A DNA stretch of 64,000 nucleotides from the NCBI RefSeq assembly GCF_006345805.1, contig NC_043014.1, forward strand, positions 14,446,001-14,510,000, read 5' to 3'. Below, in pieces: positions 39,401 through 54,775 of this stretch (positions are counted from its first letter, which is position 1; every line of letters begins with the position of its first letter). The stretch comes from Octopus sinensis (taxonomy: Eukaryota). Made by a program: the position numbers and the translations under genes. The notes beneath the pieces are model-generated. The model was not told the DNA's origin. It did not search any database and saw nothing but the letters and a program-made list of their open reading frames with translations.

Positions 39401-42400
39401 TCTGTAACTTTCATCACCTGATCCAACAGCTTGATACCTCTGTAATTATTTGTATCTAGGGCATCACCTATACCTTTGTAGCAGTTGACTATTATGCTGC
39501 TACACCAGTCATTGGGTATGACTCCTTCATGTATCACCTGATTAACTATACAGGTGACTAGGCTATAGCCGACACTACCAGATATTTTGAGCATCTCTGC
39601 AGTGATACCTGATGGGCCTGGGGCTTTCCCTGTCTTCATGCTTCTAATTGCCTTAGCTACCATGGAACTATCAACCCTGATAGCTGGTCCCTCTGTTGGG
39701 TCAACGTTCGGCAGACTCTCTTTATCCCATTCATTTTCTTCATTCAGCAACCTTTCATAGTGGCGTCTCCAAGCCTCTCTCTTTGCATCCTCGTTTAGCG
39801 CAAGTGAACCATCTTCCATGCGAACACACTTCTCTCCTACCACATCACAATTCTCTCTCACACACTGTCTTGCAACACGAAACACCTCCAGTCTTTGGTC
39901 CTCACGGCGCAGAACATTGGCAAATTTTTTCTTATCTGCTTCCCCTCTGGCTAGATATATATATATATATGAGAGAGTCAGATAGACAGACAGAGATAGG
40001 TGGAGGGAAAGAAAGGTAGAGAAAGAGAAAATAAGCCATAAAGCCAGCATTGAATTGGTGACACCAAGGAGGCATGTAGAAATACAACAAATGTCATACA
40101 CATATACACACAGATAAACAGAGACAGAAACACACACACACACACACAAGCATACAGATATACACATACACACAGAAACAGATAATGCCTTTCCTTCCTT
40201 CCTTCCTTTCAGCTTTCCTTCCTTCCTGTCATCCTTCCTTCCTTCTTTCCTTCCTTCCTTTCATCTTTCCTTCCTTCCTGTCATCCTTCCTTCCTTTCAT
40301 CCTTCTTTCCTTCCTTTCATCTTTCCTTCCTTTCATCCTTCATAAAGCCTGCCAAAATCCCACTTACCTAGTACCCAGCAAGCAAACTGTGTCATTGCGG
40401 TCTGCAGACGGTCGGGTCTCACGGCATGGATTACAAGAAGGCGTTGGAACTTGCTCAGGTTATTTTCGACTGCTTTGGGAAATTCTTGCTCACAACATCT
40501 GCTATGGAGAAATGGTGTCCAGAGGTTTGAGTCTTGGAAATTCAGCTTTCCATAGAGTTCAGAGAAATTGTACTGAAATATAAAGGCAAGAACATAGAAA
40601 TGATGATAATAATAATAATAATCATAATAATAATAATAATGATAAAAAAAGGTACTGAAACCTATTTGAAAATGATACTAGGCTTATCATCCTTACAGGA
40701 AGTGCAAAAAATAGTGTTAACTGGAATGACTCATGTACTAAGAAGAGCATTATCGTTGTGAAAACAACATCCATTCATGAATTTGTTTGTTTATTAATTT
40801 TTTTAAATACATATTTTACCTGTGAATCTGCATGTGTAATCTGGGAATGCATACAATGAGCTTCTCTGCCCTGTGTATGGAAAACACTCAGCGAGAAATG
40901 GAAGAAAATTTGAGGAAAGAAGGGAAAATAATAATAATAATAATCATCATCATCATCGTTTAACGTCCGCTTTCCATGCTAGCATGGGTTGGACGGTTCA
41001 ACTGGGGTCTGGCAAGCCCGAAGGCTGCACCAGGCCAGTCAGATCTGGCAGTGTTTCTACAGGTGGATGCCCTTCCTAACGCCAACCACTCCGAGAATGT
41101 AGTGGGTGATTTTATGTGCCACCGACACAGGTGCCAGACGGGGCTGGCAGACGGTCACGCTCAAATGGTGTTTTTTATGTGCCAAAAATGATTTTATGAT
41201 TCAGTGCGACCATGAGATAGAGAATAGGAAGCCGGACATAGTCTTAATTGAAAAAGAAAACAAACTATGCTGGATCATAGATATAGCATGCCCAGCTATG
41301 CGATAAGGAACCACCTTTAGTCGAGCACAGAACTTAGTCTTTGTAAGCCTAGTACTTATTTTATTGGTCTCTTTTGCCGAACCGCTAAGTTATGCAGATG
41401 TAAACACACCAGCATCGGTTGTCAAGCGATATTGGGGGACAAACACAGACACACAAAGATACACACACACACACATATATATACATGCATACGACAGGCT
41501 TCTTTCAGTTTCCACCTACAAAATCCACTCACAAGGCTTTGGTTGGCTTGAGGCTATAGTAGAAGATACTTGCCCAAAGTATCATGCAGTGGGACTGAAC
41601 CTGGAACCATGTAGTTCATAAGCAAGCTACTTACCACACAGCCACTCCTATGCCTAAAGGATAGAAAGATGTTTACAGCACCTAGGTTTCCCAAGCGGTC
41701 ATCCATCTAAGTACTAACTAGGCTTGACGTTGCTTAACTTCGGTGATTGGACAAGAACTGGTGTTTTCAAAGTGATATGGCCGTATACATATATATACAA
41801 CAGGTTTCTTTCAGTTTCTGTCAACCAAATCCACTAACAAGGCTTTGGTCAGCCCAAGGCTAAAGAAGAAGACAGTTGCTCAAGGTGCCACACAGTGGAA
41901 CTGAACCCAGGACTATGTGGTTAGGAAGCAATCTTCTTACCAAACATCCATACCTGACACTTTATAATGTTAAAATTTGTCTCCTTATATTGCTAGAATG
42001 TCTCCCTATAAAGTAAAAAAATGTTCTCATAATATTAAAATGTCTCCCACAGTAAAATATACGGAGACCTTGTATAATGGTTAATATTGAATTTTTAGTT
42101 AGTCACAGAGCGTCAGATTTACAATGGGAAGGTGAACAAGATTGAGTGATGTTCATGCTCTTCTAAAGAGTTTTACCAACATCAATGAAATAAAATGAAA
42201 TAATTTCAACTGGTAAAGAATCCAAGGTCGTTAGCTGATGGGAAACTACATCCTTCAAAACTTCCATGCTTCTTTAAGTTTGCCAATAAAACACATGATT
42301 CTCCCACATGGTTTTTTTTATTTATTTCTGAAGACTTATTCACTCTTCACTTCCAGTTTTGGTTACTTTTTCTGATGAGATGTTGTGCAAGCTGACAAAA

Positions 42401-43679
42401 TTGTTAGCATAGTGGGCAAAATGCTTAGCAGAATTTCATGTCATTACATTCAAATTCCATCAATGTCAACTTTGCCTTTCATCCTTTTGGGGCCAGTAAA
42501 ATAAGTACCAGTTGAGCACTGAGGTTGATGCCAACGGCTTATCCTCTCCCCACAAATTTCAGGCCTTGTGCCTATAGTAGAAAGGATTATTATTATTATT
42601 TAAGTAGCAAGCCGGCAGAATTGTTAGCATGCTGGATGAAATGCTTAGTAGTATTTTGCCAGTCGGTACATTCTGAGTTCAAATTCTGCCATGGTCGACT
42701 TTACCTTTCATCCTTTCAAGGTCAATAAAATAAGTACCAGCTGAATACTGGGGATCGATGAAATCGACTTATCCCCACCCCACCCCCAAAATTTCAGGCC
42801 TTGTGCCTATAGCAGAAAGGATTATTATTATTATTATTACTATTATTATTATTATGTTTGATAACCATTCCTTTAGTGATTATCAAGTATTTTGGCCTCT
42901 AACATCTTTCAACAATCTGGTGACATAGAATATTGGAATGCATTTTCGCCTCTTCAAATATCAATAGAACTCCCCCAAATTAAACATCAATAATCTTCAG
43001 TTCCATTCAATTCCACGTTCACTATGAGACTGCCAGATGTTTCTCAAGGTTCCTCTATCGGTTCTGCTCTCAAAAGAAATAAGTACGCGGCATTGTTTAT
43101 TGTTGGGAATATTTCCCACTCGACAAACAATTCTTCTATTGTTGGAACATTCCTGCAGAAATATCCATTGAAATCTGGTGAATTGTCCAAATATTCTCAC
43201 TTCCTCCCCGCATCCCATCCACAAACTGCCTCTGCCTGTCCTAACTGACCACCTTGGGAGAGAATATTTAAAAGAGATTTTTAAAGCAGTTAATCTCTGT
43301 GGTAACAACTGCACAATAAGAACCAAACTGCATTTAAAAACTCTCCACATTCACAAAAACTTTGAGTTATATCTAATATTGATCGCTATATGTATAATAT
43401 TGATTATCTTACATATAATATTGATTGCTTTGCATATAAATCATCCTGCACAAACAATTTACATTACATAAAACATTCTTTTACTTGCTTCATTCATTTT
43501 ACTGTGGCCATGCTGGAGCACCGCCTTCAGTCGAGCACATTGACCCCAGGACTTATTCTTTGTAAGCCTAGTACTTATTCTATCGGTCTCTTTTGCTGAA
43601 CCGCTAAGTTATGGAGATGTAAACACACCAGCATCGGTTGTCAAGCGATACTGGGGGGGACAAACAGACACACAAACAT

Positions 43680-43738
<59 letters not shown>

Positions 43739-46700
43739 TATATATACAGTGGGCTTCTTTCAGTTTCCGTCTACCAAATCCACTCACAAGGCTTTGGTTG
43801 GCCCAAGGCTGTAGTAGAAGACACTTGCCCAAGGTGCCATGTAGTGGGACTGAACCTGGAACCATGTAGTTCGTAAGCAAGCTACTAACCACACAGCCAC
43901 TCCTATGCATTAAAAACAATCTATGCACCATTAATTTTCCTTACGCAGTGAAGGCATGTGGCTAGGGCTGTTGCGCTCATGATCGCAAGATCATGGTTTC
44001 AATTTCCACATAGGGCATTGAGCTGTGTTCTAGAGCAAAACGCTTCAGTTTTATATTGTTCCAGTCTCCTCAACAGTAAATGAGTAAACCTCTGATGGGC
44101 TGGCATCCCACTTAGGGGACCTTTTTGTGTTCTTGGTTACTTAAACCACATGGAAACAAGGTAAACAGCCCTATGTATTATATCTAAAGACAATGTTTTA
44201 GATATAATACATTGCATGGCTGTGAGGTTAAAGATGTTTGCTTCACATCCTTGAGGTTTCAAGTTCAGTCCCACTGTGTGGCACCTGAGGTAAATGTCTT
44301 CTATAACCTTGGGCTGGCCAAAGCCTTGTGAGTAGATTGAGTAGATGGAAGCCTGTCATATATAAATATGTATATGTGTGTGTTTGCGTATATATTTGTG
44401 TGTGTTTATCCCCCACAACTCCTTGTTGGTGTGTTTACGTCCTTGTAACTTAGTAGTTCAGCAAAAGAGACTGATAGAATAAGTACCAAGCTTAAAAAAC
44501 AAAATAAGTCAATTTATTTGACTATAATTTCTCAAGGTGAGCCCCAGCATGGCCACAGTCTAATGACTGAACCAAGTAAAAGATACAAGAGAAAAAAATG
44601 TTTCATGGAAGATGGACGTTAAATAATGATGATGATGTCTTTTATTTTTGGTTGTGTGGAAGTCTGTCTATATATGTGTGTATATGTGTGTGTGTTTGTC
44701 CTTACATGTGTGTGAGTGTGTCTGTTTGTCCTTACATGTGTGTGTCTTTGTGTTTGTCCTTACATATATGTGTGTGTGTTTGTCCTTACATATGTGTATG
44801 TGTGAGTCTTAATGTTTTTCCTTACCTATGTGTGTGTGTGTCTTTGTGTTTGTCCTTACATAGGTGTGTGTGTGTGTTTGTCCTTACATATGTGTGTGTG
44901 TGTGTGTGTGTCTTTGTGTTTGTCCTTACACTGCTTGATAACTGGTGTTAGTTTGTTTACATCCATGTAACATAGTGGTTCAGCAAAAGGGATTGATAGA
45001 ACAAGTACGATACTTAAAAGAAAACATAAGTACTGCTCAACAAAATCCCTGGAAGGTGATGCCCCAGCATGGCCGGTGTCTAGTGACCGAAACAAGTGAA
45101 AGAGAGAAGTATGGAGAATATTGGTTTCAACCATTGCCAATTCTTTCTAAGGAAGAAGAGAAATTTCCTGAAAATGTGTTCAGTTAGGAGGGAATGGCCT
45201 CTTCTTCCCACAAGAAAGGATTGCAATGCTGAGAGTACAATCGCCTAAATCGGCGGCGGCAGCGTTGTCGTCGTCATCACCACCACCACCACCACCACCA
45301 ACACCACCACCATCACCATCACCATCACCATCACCATCATTTAATGCTCGCTTTCAATACTGGCATGGGTTTGAAGGTTTGAGATGGAGCTGGCTAGTAG
45401 GATGCTGTCCAGACTCCAACTGCCTGTTGTGGCATGGTTTCTATGGCTGGATACCCTTCCTAATGCCAACCACTAGCAGGGAGCTGTGAAGACCCCCAAC
45501 TGCCTGTTGTGGCATGGTTTTTATGGCTGGATGCCCTTCCTAATGCCAACCACTAGCAGGGAACTGTGCAGACCCCAACTGTCTGTTGTGGCATGGTTTC
45601 TATGGCTGGATGCCCTTCCTAATGCCAACCACTAGCAGGGAACTGTGCAGACCCCAACTGCCTGTTGTGGCATGGTTTTTATGGCTGGATGCCCTTCCTA
45701 ATGCCAGCCACTAGCAGGGAACTGTGCAGATCCCAACTTCCTGTTGTGGCATGGTTTCTATGGCTGGATGCCCTCCTAATGCCAACCACTTAATAGAGTG
45801 AGCTGGATGCTTCTCACATACCACTGGCATAGGTGCGTTTACACAGCACCAGCACAGGTGTCTCAATGCAGCACTGGCACAGGTATATGAACTTAAATAA
45901 ACTTAACATCTTGTAAATACACATATATATACTCACCTTCAATATAGCAACAGGCATGGCACATTCACGGTCCTCAATCCAGGAAGGTAACTCTTGTTCT
46001 AAAGCCTGTGCAGAAATCTTAAAATCTGACACATAAGTTCCACTGAGTAATTCCCATTCCTATATAAATGATAGTGGAGAAAAAACATAAATATAATCAT
46101 TGACAGTGAAAACAATTTCATTAACTAATAGTGATAACAGTAGAAATAACAACAATGGTTATAACTACATATGTTATATTATATGTGAAATATATTTCTT
46201 TTTTTTTTTCTTTTACCTTGTTTTAGTCATTTGACTGCGGCCATGCTGGAGCACCGCCTTTTAATCGAGCAACTCGACCCCGGGACTTATTCTTTTGTAA
46301 GCCCAGTACTTATTCTATCGGTCTCTTTTGCCGAACCGCTAAGTAACGGGGACATAAACACACCAGCATCGGTTGTCAAGCAATGCTAGGGGGACAAACA
46401 CAGACACACAAACACACACACGCATATACATATATACACATATATACGACGGGCTTCTTTCAGTTTCCGTCTACCAAATCCACTCACAAGGCTTTGGTCA
46501 GCCCGAGGCTATAGTAGAAGACACTTGCTATAGTAGAAGACATGCAGTGGGACTGAACCCGGAACCATGTGGTTGGTAAACAAGCTACTTACCACACAGC
46601 CACTCCTACGCCTATATCATATCATTTAATGTAGACAGTATTAAAATAAGAGCTAGATAAGTGCAGGTATGGCTGAATGGTAAGAAGCTTGGTTCTTTTT

Positions 46701-49700
46701 TGGTTCTTTTTTTTTTCTTTTTTTTTAAGGCTGGCAGAATCGTTAGCATGCCGGGCGAAATGCTTAGTGGTATTTCGTCTGCCGTTATGTTCTGAGTTCA
46801 AATTCTGCCGAGGTCGACTTTGTCTTTCATCCTTTCGGGGGTCGATAAATTAAGTACCAGTTACGCACTGGGGTTGATATAATCGACTTAATCACTTTGT
46901 CAGTCCTTGTTTGTCCCCTCTATGTTTAGCCCCTTGTGGGCAATAAAGAAACAAGAAGCTTGGTTCCCTACCACATGGCTCAGGGTTCAGTCCCACTGTG
47001 TGGCACCTCGGTCAAATGTTTTCTACTATATCCTTAGGCTGACCAAAGCCTTGTGAGTGGATTTGATAAATGAAAACTAAAGAAGCCCATTGGATATGTA
47101 TATATATATATATAATAAATTAATAAATAAAACATATGCATATATACATACATATATGTACGTACCTACCTCTACATGTATATATACATACATATATGGG
47201 TACAGGACACCAAAAAACGTCGAACACAATGAGAAACGAAAACATAAACACAAAACCAAGGAACTGGACATTTTTCTTAAACAACGAAAAAATAGAGTAC
47301 AGGACAAATAACACAAGGAAAATTCCCCTTCTTCAGTCGCCATGGTTTCATCTACTCTGTGTTTCGAAGGTGAAGGCGATACGCATCTTCGATAGAAACT
47401 TTCCTTTCCGCGAAAAGCAAAATAAAATTTGAGATCTTTTTGCAGAGGGGTAAAATGGTAACAAAAACAGGACAGTAACGACAGTACAAAATATAAACAG
47501 TAAAAGACAGGACAAGGAGCATAACAAGACAAGAAGGGCTGTTAAGCCGAACGAGAAAAAGTATTACGAACGCTATTTTTGAGAACGGCGAAGGAGCAAC
47601 AGAAAATGCCATCTACACTTCAAGGAAACCAGGTCAGAAAGACAGTAGCAGAGCTCTCGTCGCGGATCAACAACGTGTGGGAGGAGGAGGAGCAAGAGAA
47701 AGGGAGAGAAAAAAAGGGAATGGTTGTGAGGAAACCAGAAAGAATGAGAGAGAGAGAGAGAGAGACAGTAAGGTAGAAGAAAAGGAAATATATACATATT
47801 TAGATAAGATAGATGTGTGTGTGTATGTGACAGACCATTTAACTGAACCCCATTAAAATCAATATTTTTCATCCAATTTTGTTCATGTTTAGCACATGCA
47901 TCACTTACATTCTAGAGATGGTACTACACTCTTCAGAGTTTTCACTTATGGAGTAATATTGAGTAATGGGGCTTCTGGGTTAAGAAAAAGCTCCAGTCTT
48001 GGAATTCGTGGCTATTGTGGACAAGGGAGGTAACTCTTTGTGAAGTAACATTCAGAAATCGAATTTCTCCCTAAAATTTGTATCCCTTAAACACCTTTTC
48101 ATAGTACATAAATAAACAATTTGGATGATTGTTGCTTTAAGGGAACATAATGAGTAACACCACCCCTACCGGGTGAGATGAAAGTATCTTTTCATAGTAG
48201 GTAAAATGTTGACACTCCCGCTACCCCTGCCATTTACAACAGAGGGCTTCTTCTCTTGGAAGACTTGGTTATCGCAATTGGTGATCAACAACTGGATGCT
48301 TATTCTCTCAACACTCCAGACAGAAATGAAGATGCCTGTCCCAATCGCCTCATTCACAGAGAAACATCCTACACCATCCACAAACATAAACAGTACATTG
48401 ATAACAAGCCCCTTCTGAATTCTGATCAATTTTGTCCTTGGAAACATCTACACACACTGGTGAAATCATCTTAGACACATCTGGTGGGACTGGAAAAACA
48501 TTTCTCCTGAATATTCTTGCGAAGTTGTGGCATAATGGTGACTTTGCTATTGCTGTTACCTCATCAGAAATAGCGTCAATTCTTCTCAACAGCAGATGAA
48601 CAGCACACTCTACCTTCAAATTGCCTTTCAATGTAACACATTGAGAAAACCCAACGTGCCACATAATGCATTCCTTGGACAAAGCAACAATTTTTAAAAA
48701 GTGCAAACCCATTGTTTGGGATGAAGCAACTATGTCCCATAAATGTTCCCTACAAGCACTTGATACCACGATGAGAGGGCTTAGATCGAACAACATCCTG
48801 GGGGTGTGACAAACTCTGCCTATTATACCCAAAGGAACACCAGCTGATGAACTTAATACTTGCCTCAAAAATCCCTCCTTTGGCTGCATGTCCAAGTGAA
48901 ACAACTCACCATCAACATGAGATCACTCCTACAGACTGGTCAGCCTACAACCCAGTTATCGGAAATGCTCTTTAAAATTGGCAATGGACAAATTACGTCC
49001 AACAACAATGGATACATTGACACTACCACCATTGGCCACACTGTCTCCAGCCCTGATGACTTATGTTCTGCTGTTTACCCAATTCTTACAACAGAATGTA
49101 TAAAACCAGATTGGCTTTGGCTGTTCTTGCACCTACAAATGCAGCTGTCAACACTCTTAACTACGAATTACTCAGCTAGCTACCTTCTCAAGAATGTTGC
49201 TACAGATCAGTTGACACCGTTACTGACTTTGATCAGGTTACACACTTTCCAAGAGAATTTCTCAACTCCCAAGATCCTCCAGGACACCCTCCTCATGTAA
49301 TTCACTTAAAATCGGTTGCCCTGTCATCCTCCTATGCAATCTAAATGCACTAACACTAGGCAATGGAACTCACCTTGTGGTCAAACGAATGATGGATCAC
49401 ATCATTGAATCTCAAATTACCATGGGACAAGGCAGAAACGATATCATTTTCATTCCAAAAATTCCGCTAACCCCAACAGACTGTCCCTATCCTATGCAGA
49501 GACTTCAGTTCCCTCTCAAACTCAGCTTTGCAATGACAATTAACAAAGCACAAGATCAGTCGCTGCAAGTTGTGAGATTGGAACTTTGAATGTTGTGCTT
49601 TTCACATGACAGTTCTATGTCAGTTGTTCCAGAGTTGGCCATCCAGACCACTTATTCATCTATACTCCTGAAGGAAAAACCAAAAATGTCATCTACAAAA

Positions 49701-52000
49701 CAGCCCTAGACTAGTTATTCTTCTACTGCCGTTAGCAATCAGACCTCCAGCAAGCATTTCATTGATATTTTGCTTCATTTCCCTGATTGCTGTTTACAGT
49801 ACATTACCTCCAATGACCCTTATTACTTCACGCGCGCTGTTCGCTCATAAGCATGCTCTGACATTTATTTTTGTACATACCATTATTCTATTTGCATGTT
49901 TGCTATAAATGTTTGCCTTTCTTTATCATACATGACTTTCATTAAAAAAAAAAAGCTTCAATGCGGTTGTGTCAGGCATTACGAGAAAAACAATACATGA
50001 TACAAAACACTTCAAGATATAGGATCCCAAATGCCTACTGAAATTGCAGTCTCATTTCATGGACTTTCATTTATTACTAACGACCAAATTTATATTCAAA
50101 ACACTTAATTCATTACCTAAATTGCTTAATACCATATCGTAAGCTGCTAATGAAAATGGTAATTATAGATTTTATGTTTATCAACTTGAAGCAACTTCTA
50201 ACTGCAGGCTAATTCAATCTAAACTGTCCACAGCAGTGCACCATTATGATAAATTATACCATCCAAAGGACGGGTGCATTTGCTAGTATATATATATATA
50301 TATATATATAAATCTTTAGTTAAATGTATTCAATGAGAATATTATATACTGAATTTATATTGAGTGCTCTATTGTATCAAAGTATTAATACTATTAAAGT
50401 ATTTATATATTTAATACAAGCGATTATATATATTTTATAATATACTAGCACTATGACCCTAGTGCATGCATATACAGCTGCGTGCATGCGCACATACACG
50501 CGAGTACTGTCCAAATCTCTGACCAATCACATACAGCTAGCTGCCATTCAATTGGCGTATCAAGTTTCGGGCATTTTGATTGGGTTTTGGATAGAAAATT
50601 CACAAAAAAGTCACTTCTATTGATTTTTTTTAATGGCTTTGCGGGGTGACTGGGGAAATGTAAAAATGTGCACGACCACCTTTGGATGGAAAAATTGTGG
50701 ATTTGTATAAAGGACACACACGCAGACATTTTGCCGTTTATATATATATAGAGATTATTATTAATATCAGGAAATCAATATTAGAAAATTCTTCAGAAAG
50801 ATACATACGTGTGTAAAATAATTGTTGTATTAAAAATAATATATAAAAATATATGTAAATATGTATAAGTATAAATATATAATGTATATGACAGTTTAAC
50901 AGTCTTATGATCATTTCATAATGGATTTTACACATAACTATTATGTATTATTACAGAAGACTAACCAAGGAAGTATATATGGATTTAAAGACTCTCATAC
51001 TAAAGTGTACTTACCAAAATCAAAAGCAGTAATTTTTAATTTATATTTCAAACAAGCACTATTTTATAGTATTACTTCAAATTTTTAAAAAACTACCATT
51101 CAATACATCATACAAAATTTAAATTTTATATCTCTGAAGAGCAGAAGAGTTGTCTATAAATGTTTATCAATATAGGATTCCATTATAGAGACAGCACTTC
51201 CGTGAAACGATAGTAAGATGTTTTAAAAACTTAATTCAAAACTTTTAAACTGTCATATACATTATATATTTATACTTATATATATTTACATATATTTTTA
51301 TATATATTTATATTTTTAATACAACAATTATTTATATATGTATGTATTTGTGTGTCTGTGTTTCTTCCCCACCATTGCTTGACAACCGATGTTGGTGTGG
51401 TTATGTTCCCATAACTTAGCGGTTCAGCAATAGAGACTGATAGAATAAATACTAGGCTTATAAAGACTAAGTCCTGGGGTCAATATCTTCGACTGAAACC
51501 CTTTAAGGTGGTGCTCCAGCATGGCCACAGTCAAATAACTGAATCAAGTAAAAGAATAATAGTTTCATGCAATGGAGACATGGTAATTCAGGCTAAACTC
51601 ATTTCTACATCTAACATCCTAACCACTGAGCAACTCTTCTCCACTAGTGGTACTCATTTCTACAGCTGAGTGGACAGGAGCAATGTGAAATGAAGCGTGT
51701 TGCTCAAGAACACAATGCATTGTCCAGTCCAAGAATCGAAACCATAATCTTACAATTGTGAATCCAACAGCCTCAGCACTAAGCCATACACCTCCATACA
51801 CACACACACACACATATATAGATGTATATATGACAGGCTTCTTTCAGTTTCCATCTACAAAATACACTCACAAGGTATTGGTTGGCCTGAGACTATAGCA
51901 GAAGACACTTGCCCAAGGTACCCGTGCAGTGGGACTGAACCCAGAACCATGTGGTTGAGAAGCAAACTTCTTACTACATAGCCACGCCTTTGCCTATGCA

Positions 52001-52090
<90 letters not shown>

Positions 52091-53281
52091 GAGGCGCAAT
52101 GGCCCAGTGGTTAGGGCAGCAGACTCGCTGTCGTAAGATCGCGGTTTCGATTCCCAGACCGGGTGTTGTGAGTGTTTATTGAGCGAAAACGCCTAAAGCA
52201 CCACGAGGCTCCGCAGGGGGTGGTGGCGATCCCTGCTGTACTCTTTCGCCACAACTTTCTCTCACTATTTCTTCTGTTGGCCTGCTCCCTTAGCCAGTGG
52301 GTTGGCGTCATTTGAAAGGCTAAAACAATGTGAAGCGCATTGTGACCAGTGATGTGTGGCAACATCTGATAGCCTGGACGGTGACGGTGATATATATATA
52401 TATACACACATACATCATCATCAGTGCTTTAATGCCTATTTTTCCATGCTGGTATGGATTGGATGGAATTTGATGAGGTACTTTTTCTACAGCAGGATGC
52501 CTTTCCCATTACCAACCCTTATCTATACCCACTTATCAGACATGTTTTCATGGAAGATTGGAAATGAAAGACATGACTTGAATGATGGTGAGAGTTACAA
52601 CTATCACATATATGATGGGCTTCTTTCAGTTTCTATTTACACCTGCTCAGTACAGGTCTACAGTAGAAGACAGTTGCCCAAAGTGCCACTTTGAAATTTC
52701 TAATGTGTTACTACTAAATAGTTTAAAGTTGTGAAGTAATGGGAAAAATCATCACAGACTATGAAGCAAGACATGAGTTTCATTTGTGAACTTAGTAAAT
52801 TAATTTTAACATCACAATATAAATAGTGAAGGAAAAAAATGGTTTTATGATTGGACCAGAACAAAAACACATTCACAAACTTCAAAAGTCATACAGTAAA
52901 CACAGCTTTGATATAAACTTAGATATTAAAATCTTGTATTTGCTTTTCAACATTTAATATATATTAAATATATCTATATTTTAGATTGGTCAATCTGCCT
53001 GCCTGCCTGCCTACCTACCTACCTACCTACCTATCTAACCCAAGGTTACTGTGGTCTTTTCCATAGGCTTTTCTTCCCACGGATAAACATAACCTGTTTC
53101 CCATTTTACACTATGACACTTCTGTGATACACGATCCTTATTGATTTTTTTTTTTTTACCATGATCCCTTTCGATAGAAATTCTACACCCTACCCCTGGT
53201 TTTTTCTTCACCCCCCTCCTTAAAGCTCTTCTTTGTATTTTGTCCACTCTTTGTTCAGCCCCGTGTGGCTAATAAAGAAAA

Positions 53282-53334
<53 letters not shown>

Positions 53335-54246
53335 CTATATGTCTATCTACTTATCTATCTGCCTACCTGCCAGCTTATCTATCTATCTGTCTGTCTGTCT
53401 GTCAGTCTTTGTTCGCCTGACTGTCTGTCTTTCTGTCAGTCTACTTGTCTGTCTATCTATTTTAATGCTTTGCTTAGGCATAGCCATACTAATACTAATA
53501 ACTTTGAGTAAGAACTCAATATAGGCGCAGGAGTGGCTGTGTGGTAAGTAGCTTGCTAACAAACCACATGGTTCCGGGTTCAGTCCCACTGCGTGGCACC
53601 TTGGCAAGTGTCTTCAGCTATAGCCCCGGGCCAACCAATGCCTTGTGAGTGGATTTGGTAGACGGAAACTGAAAGAAGCCCGTCGTATATATGTATATAT
53701 ATATATATGTGTGTGTTTGTGTGTCTGTGTTTGTTCCCCTAGCATTGCTTGACAATCGATGCTGGTGTGTTTATGTCCCCGTCACTTAGTGGTTCGGCAA
53801 AAAGAGACCGATAGAATAAGTACTGGGCTTACAAAAAAAATAAGTCCCGGGGTCGAGTTTGCTCGACTAAATGCGGTGCTCCAGCATGGCCGCAGTCAAA
53901 TGACTGAAACAAGTAAAAAAAAAAGAGTAACCATCAGCTTCAGAACGAAGAGTCAGACTAGTACAGAGCAGTAATAAGAAATTAGAATGGCATTCCGATT
54001 TCTTATCTATCTACAGAGAGATTATCTATCTATCTAGTTGTGTGTGTGTGTGTGTAAGTATAAAATAGAAATTGAAAAATAATTGGTACAGTAATATGTA
54101 TTTGAAAAAGTGAAAGAAAATTAATTTTCTGATAATTATTTTCCATTTTAATGATTATTAGATGGTTTAGAAACTACCATAAACGTTTAATTATTAAAGT
54201 GGAAGAGGAAAAATACCAAAAAAGTCGTTCTTATTCACATTTTCCT

Positions 54247-54286
<40 letters not shown>

Positions 54287-54737
54287 TCATTTAACGTCCG
54301 TTTTCCATGCTAGCATGGGTTGGACGGTTCGACCGGGGTCTGGTAAGCCATGGAGGCTGCACCAGGCTCTAGTCTGATTTGGCAGTGTTTCTACAGCTGG
54401 ATGCCCTTCCTAACGCCAACCACTCCGTGAGTGTAGCGGATGTTTTTTTACGTGCCACCGGCACGGGGGCCAAGGGAGGCTGGCAAACGGCCACGATATA
54501 TATATATACATACATAGATATATTCTTTTATTCTTTTACTGGTTTCAGTCATTTGACTGTGGCCATGCTGGAGCACCACCTTTTGTTGAATGAATCGACC
54601 CCAGGACTTATTCTTTGTAAGCCTAGTATTTATTCTAACAATCTCTTTTGGTGAACCGCTAAGTTACAGGGATGTAAACACACTGACATTAGTTGTGAAG
54701 TGATGGTGGGGGGACAAACACAGACACACAAATGTAT

Positions 54738-54775
<38 letters not shown>

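Noticed and set aside
42960-43350. Unique-looking tract with 74-117 aa ORFs on both strands
   Set aside because: No recognisable motif and no consistent splice signals; other frames are riddled with stops. Possibly an old element, but I cannot support a call.
45416-45790. CRISPR-like regular repeats (also 37240-37965)
   Set aside because: Units are contiguous with no unique spacers, are SINE/LINE-derived, and there are no cas genes; the context is eukaryotic.
52090-52170. tRNA-like sequence with A and B boxes (also 61987, 57850-57925, 53524)
   Set aside because: Each continues into a shared SINE body and lacks a clean acceptor stem, so these are SINE heads, not tRNA genes.
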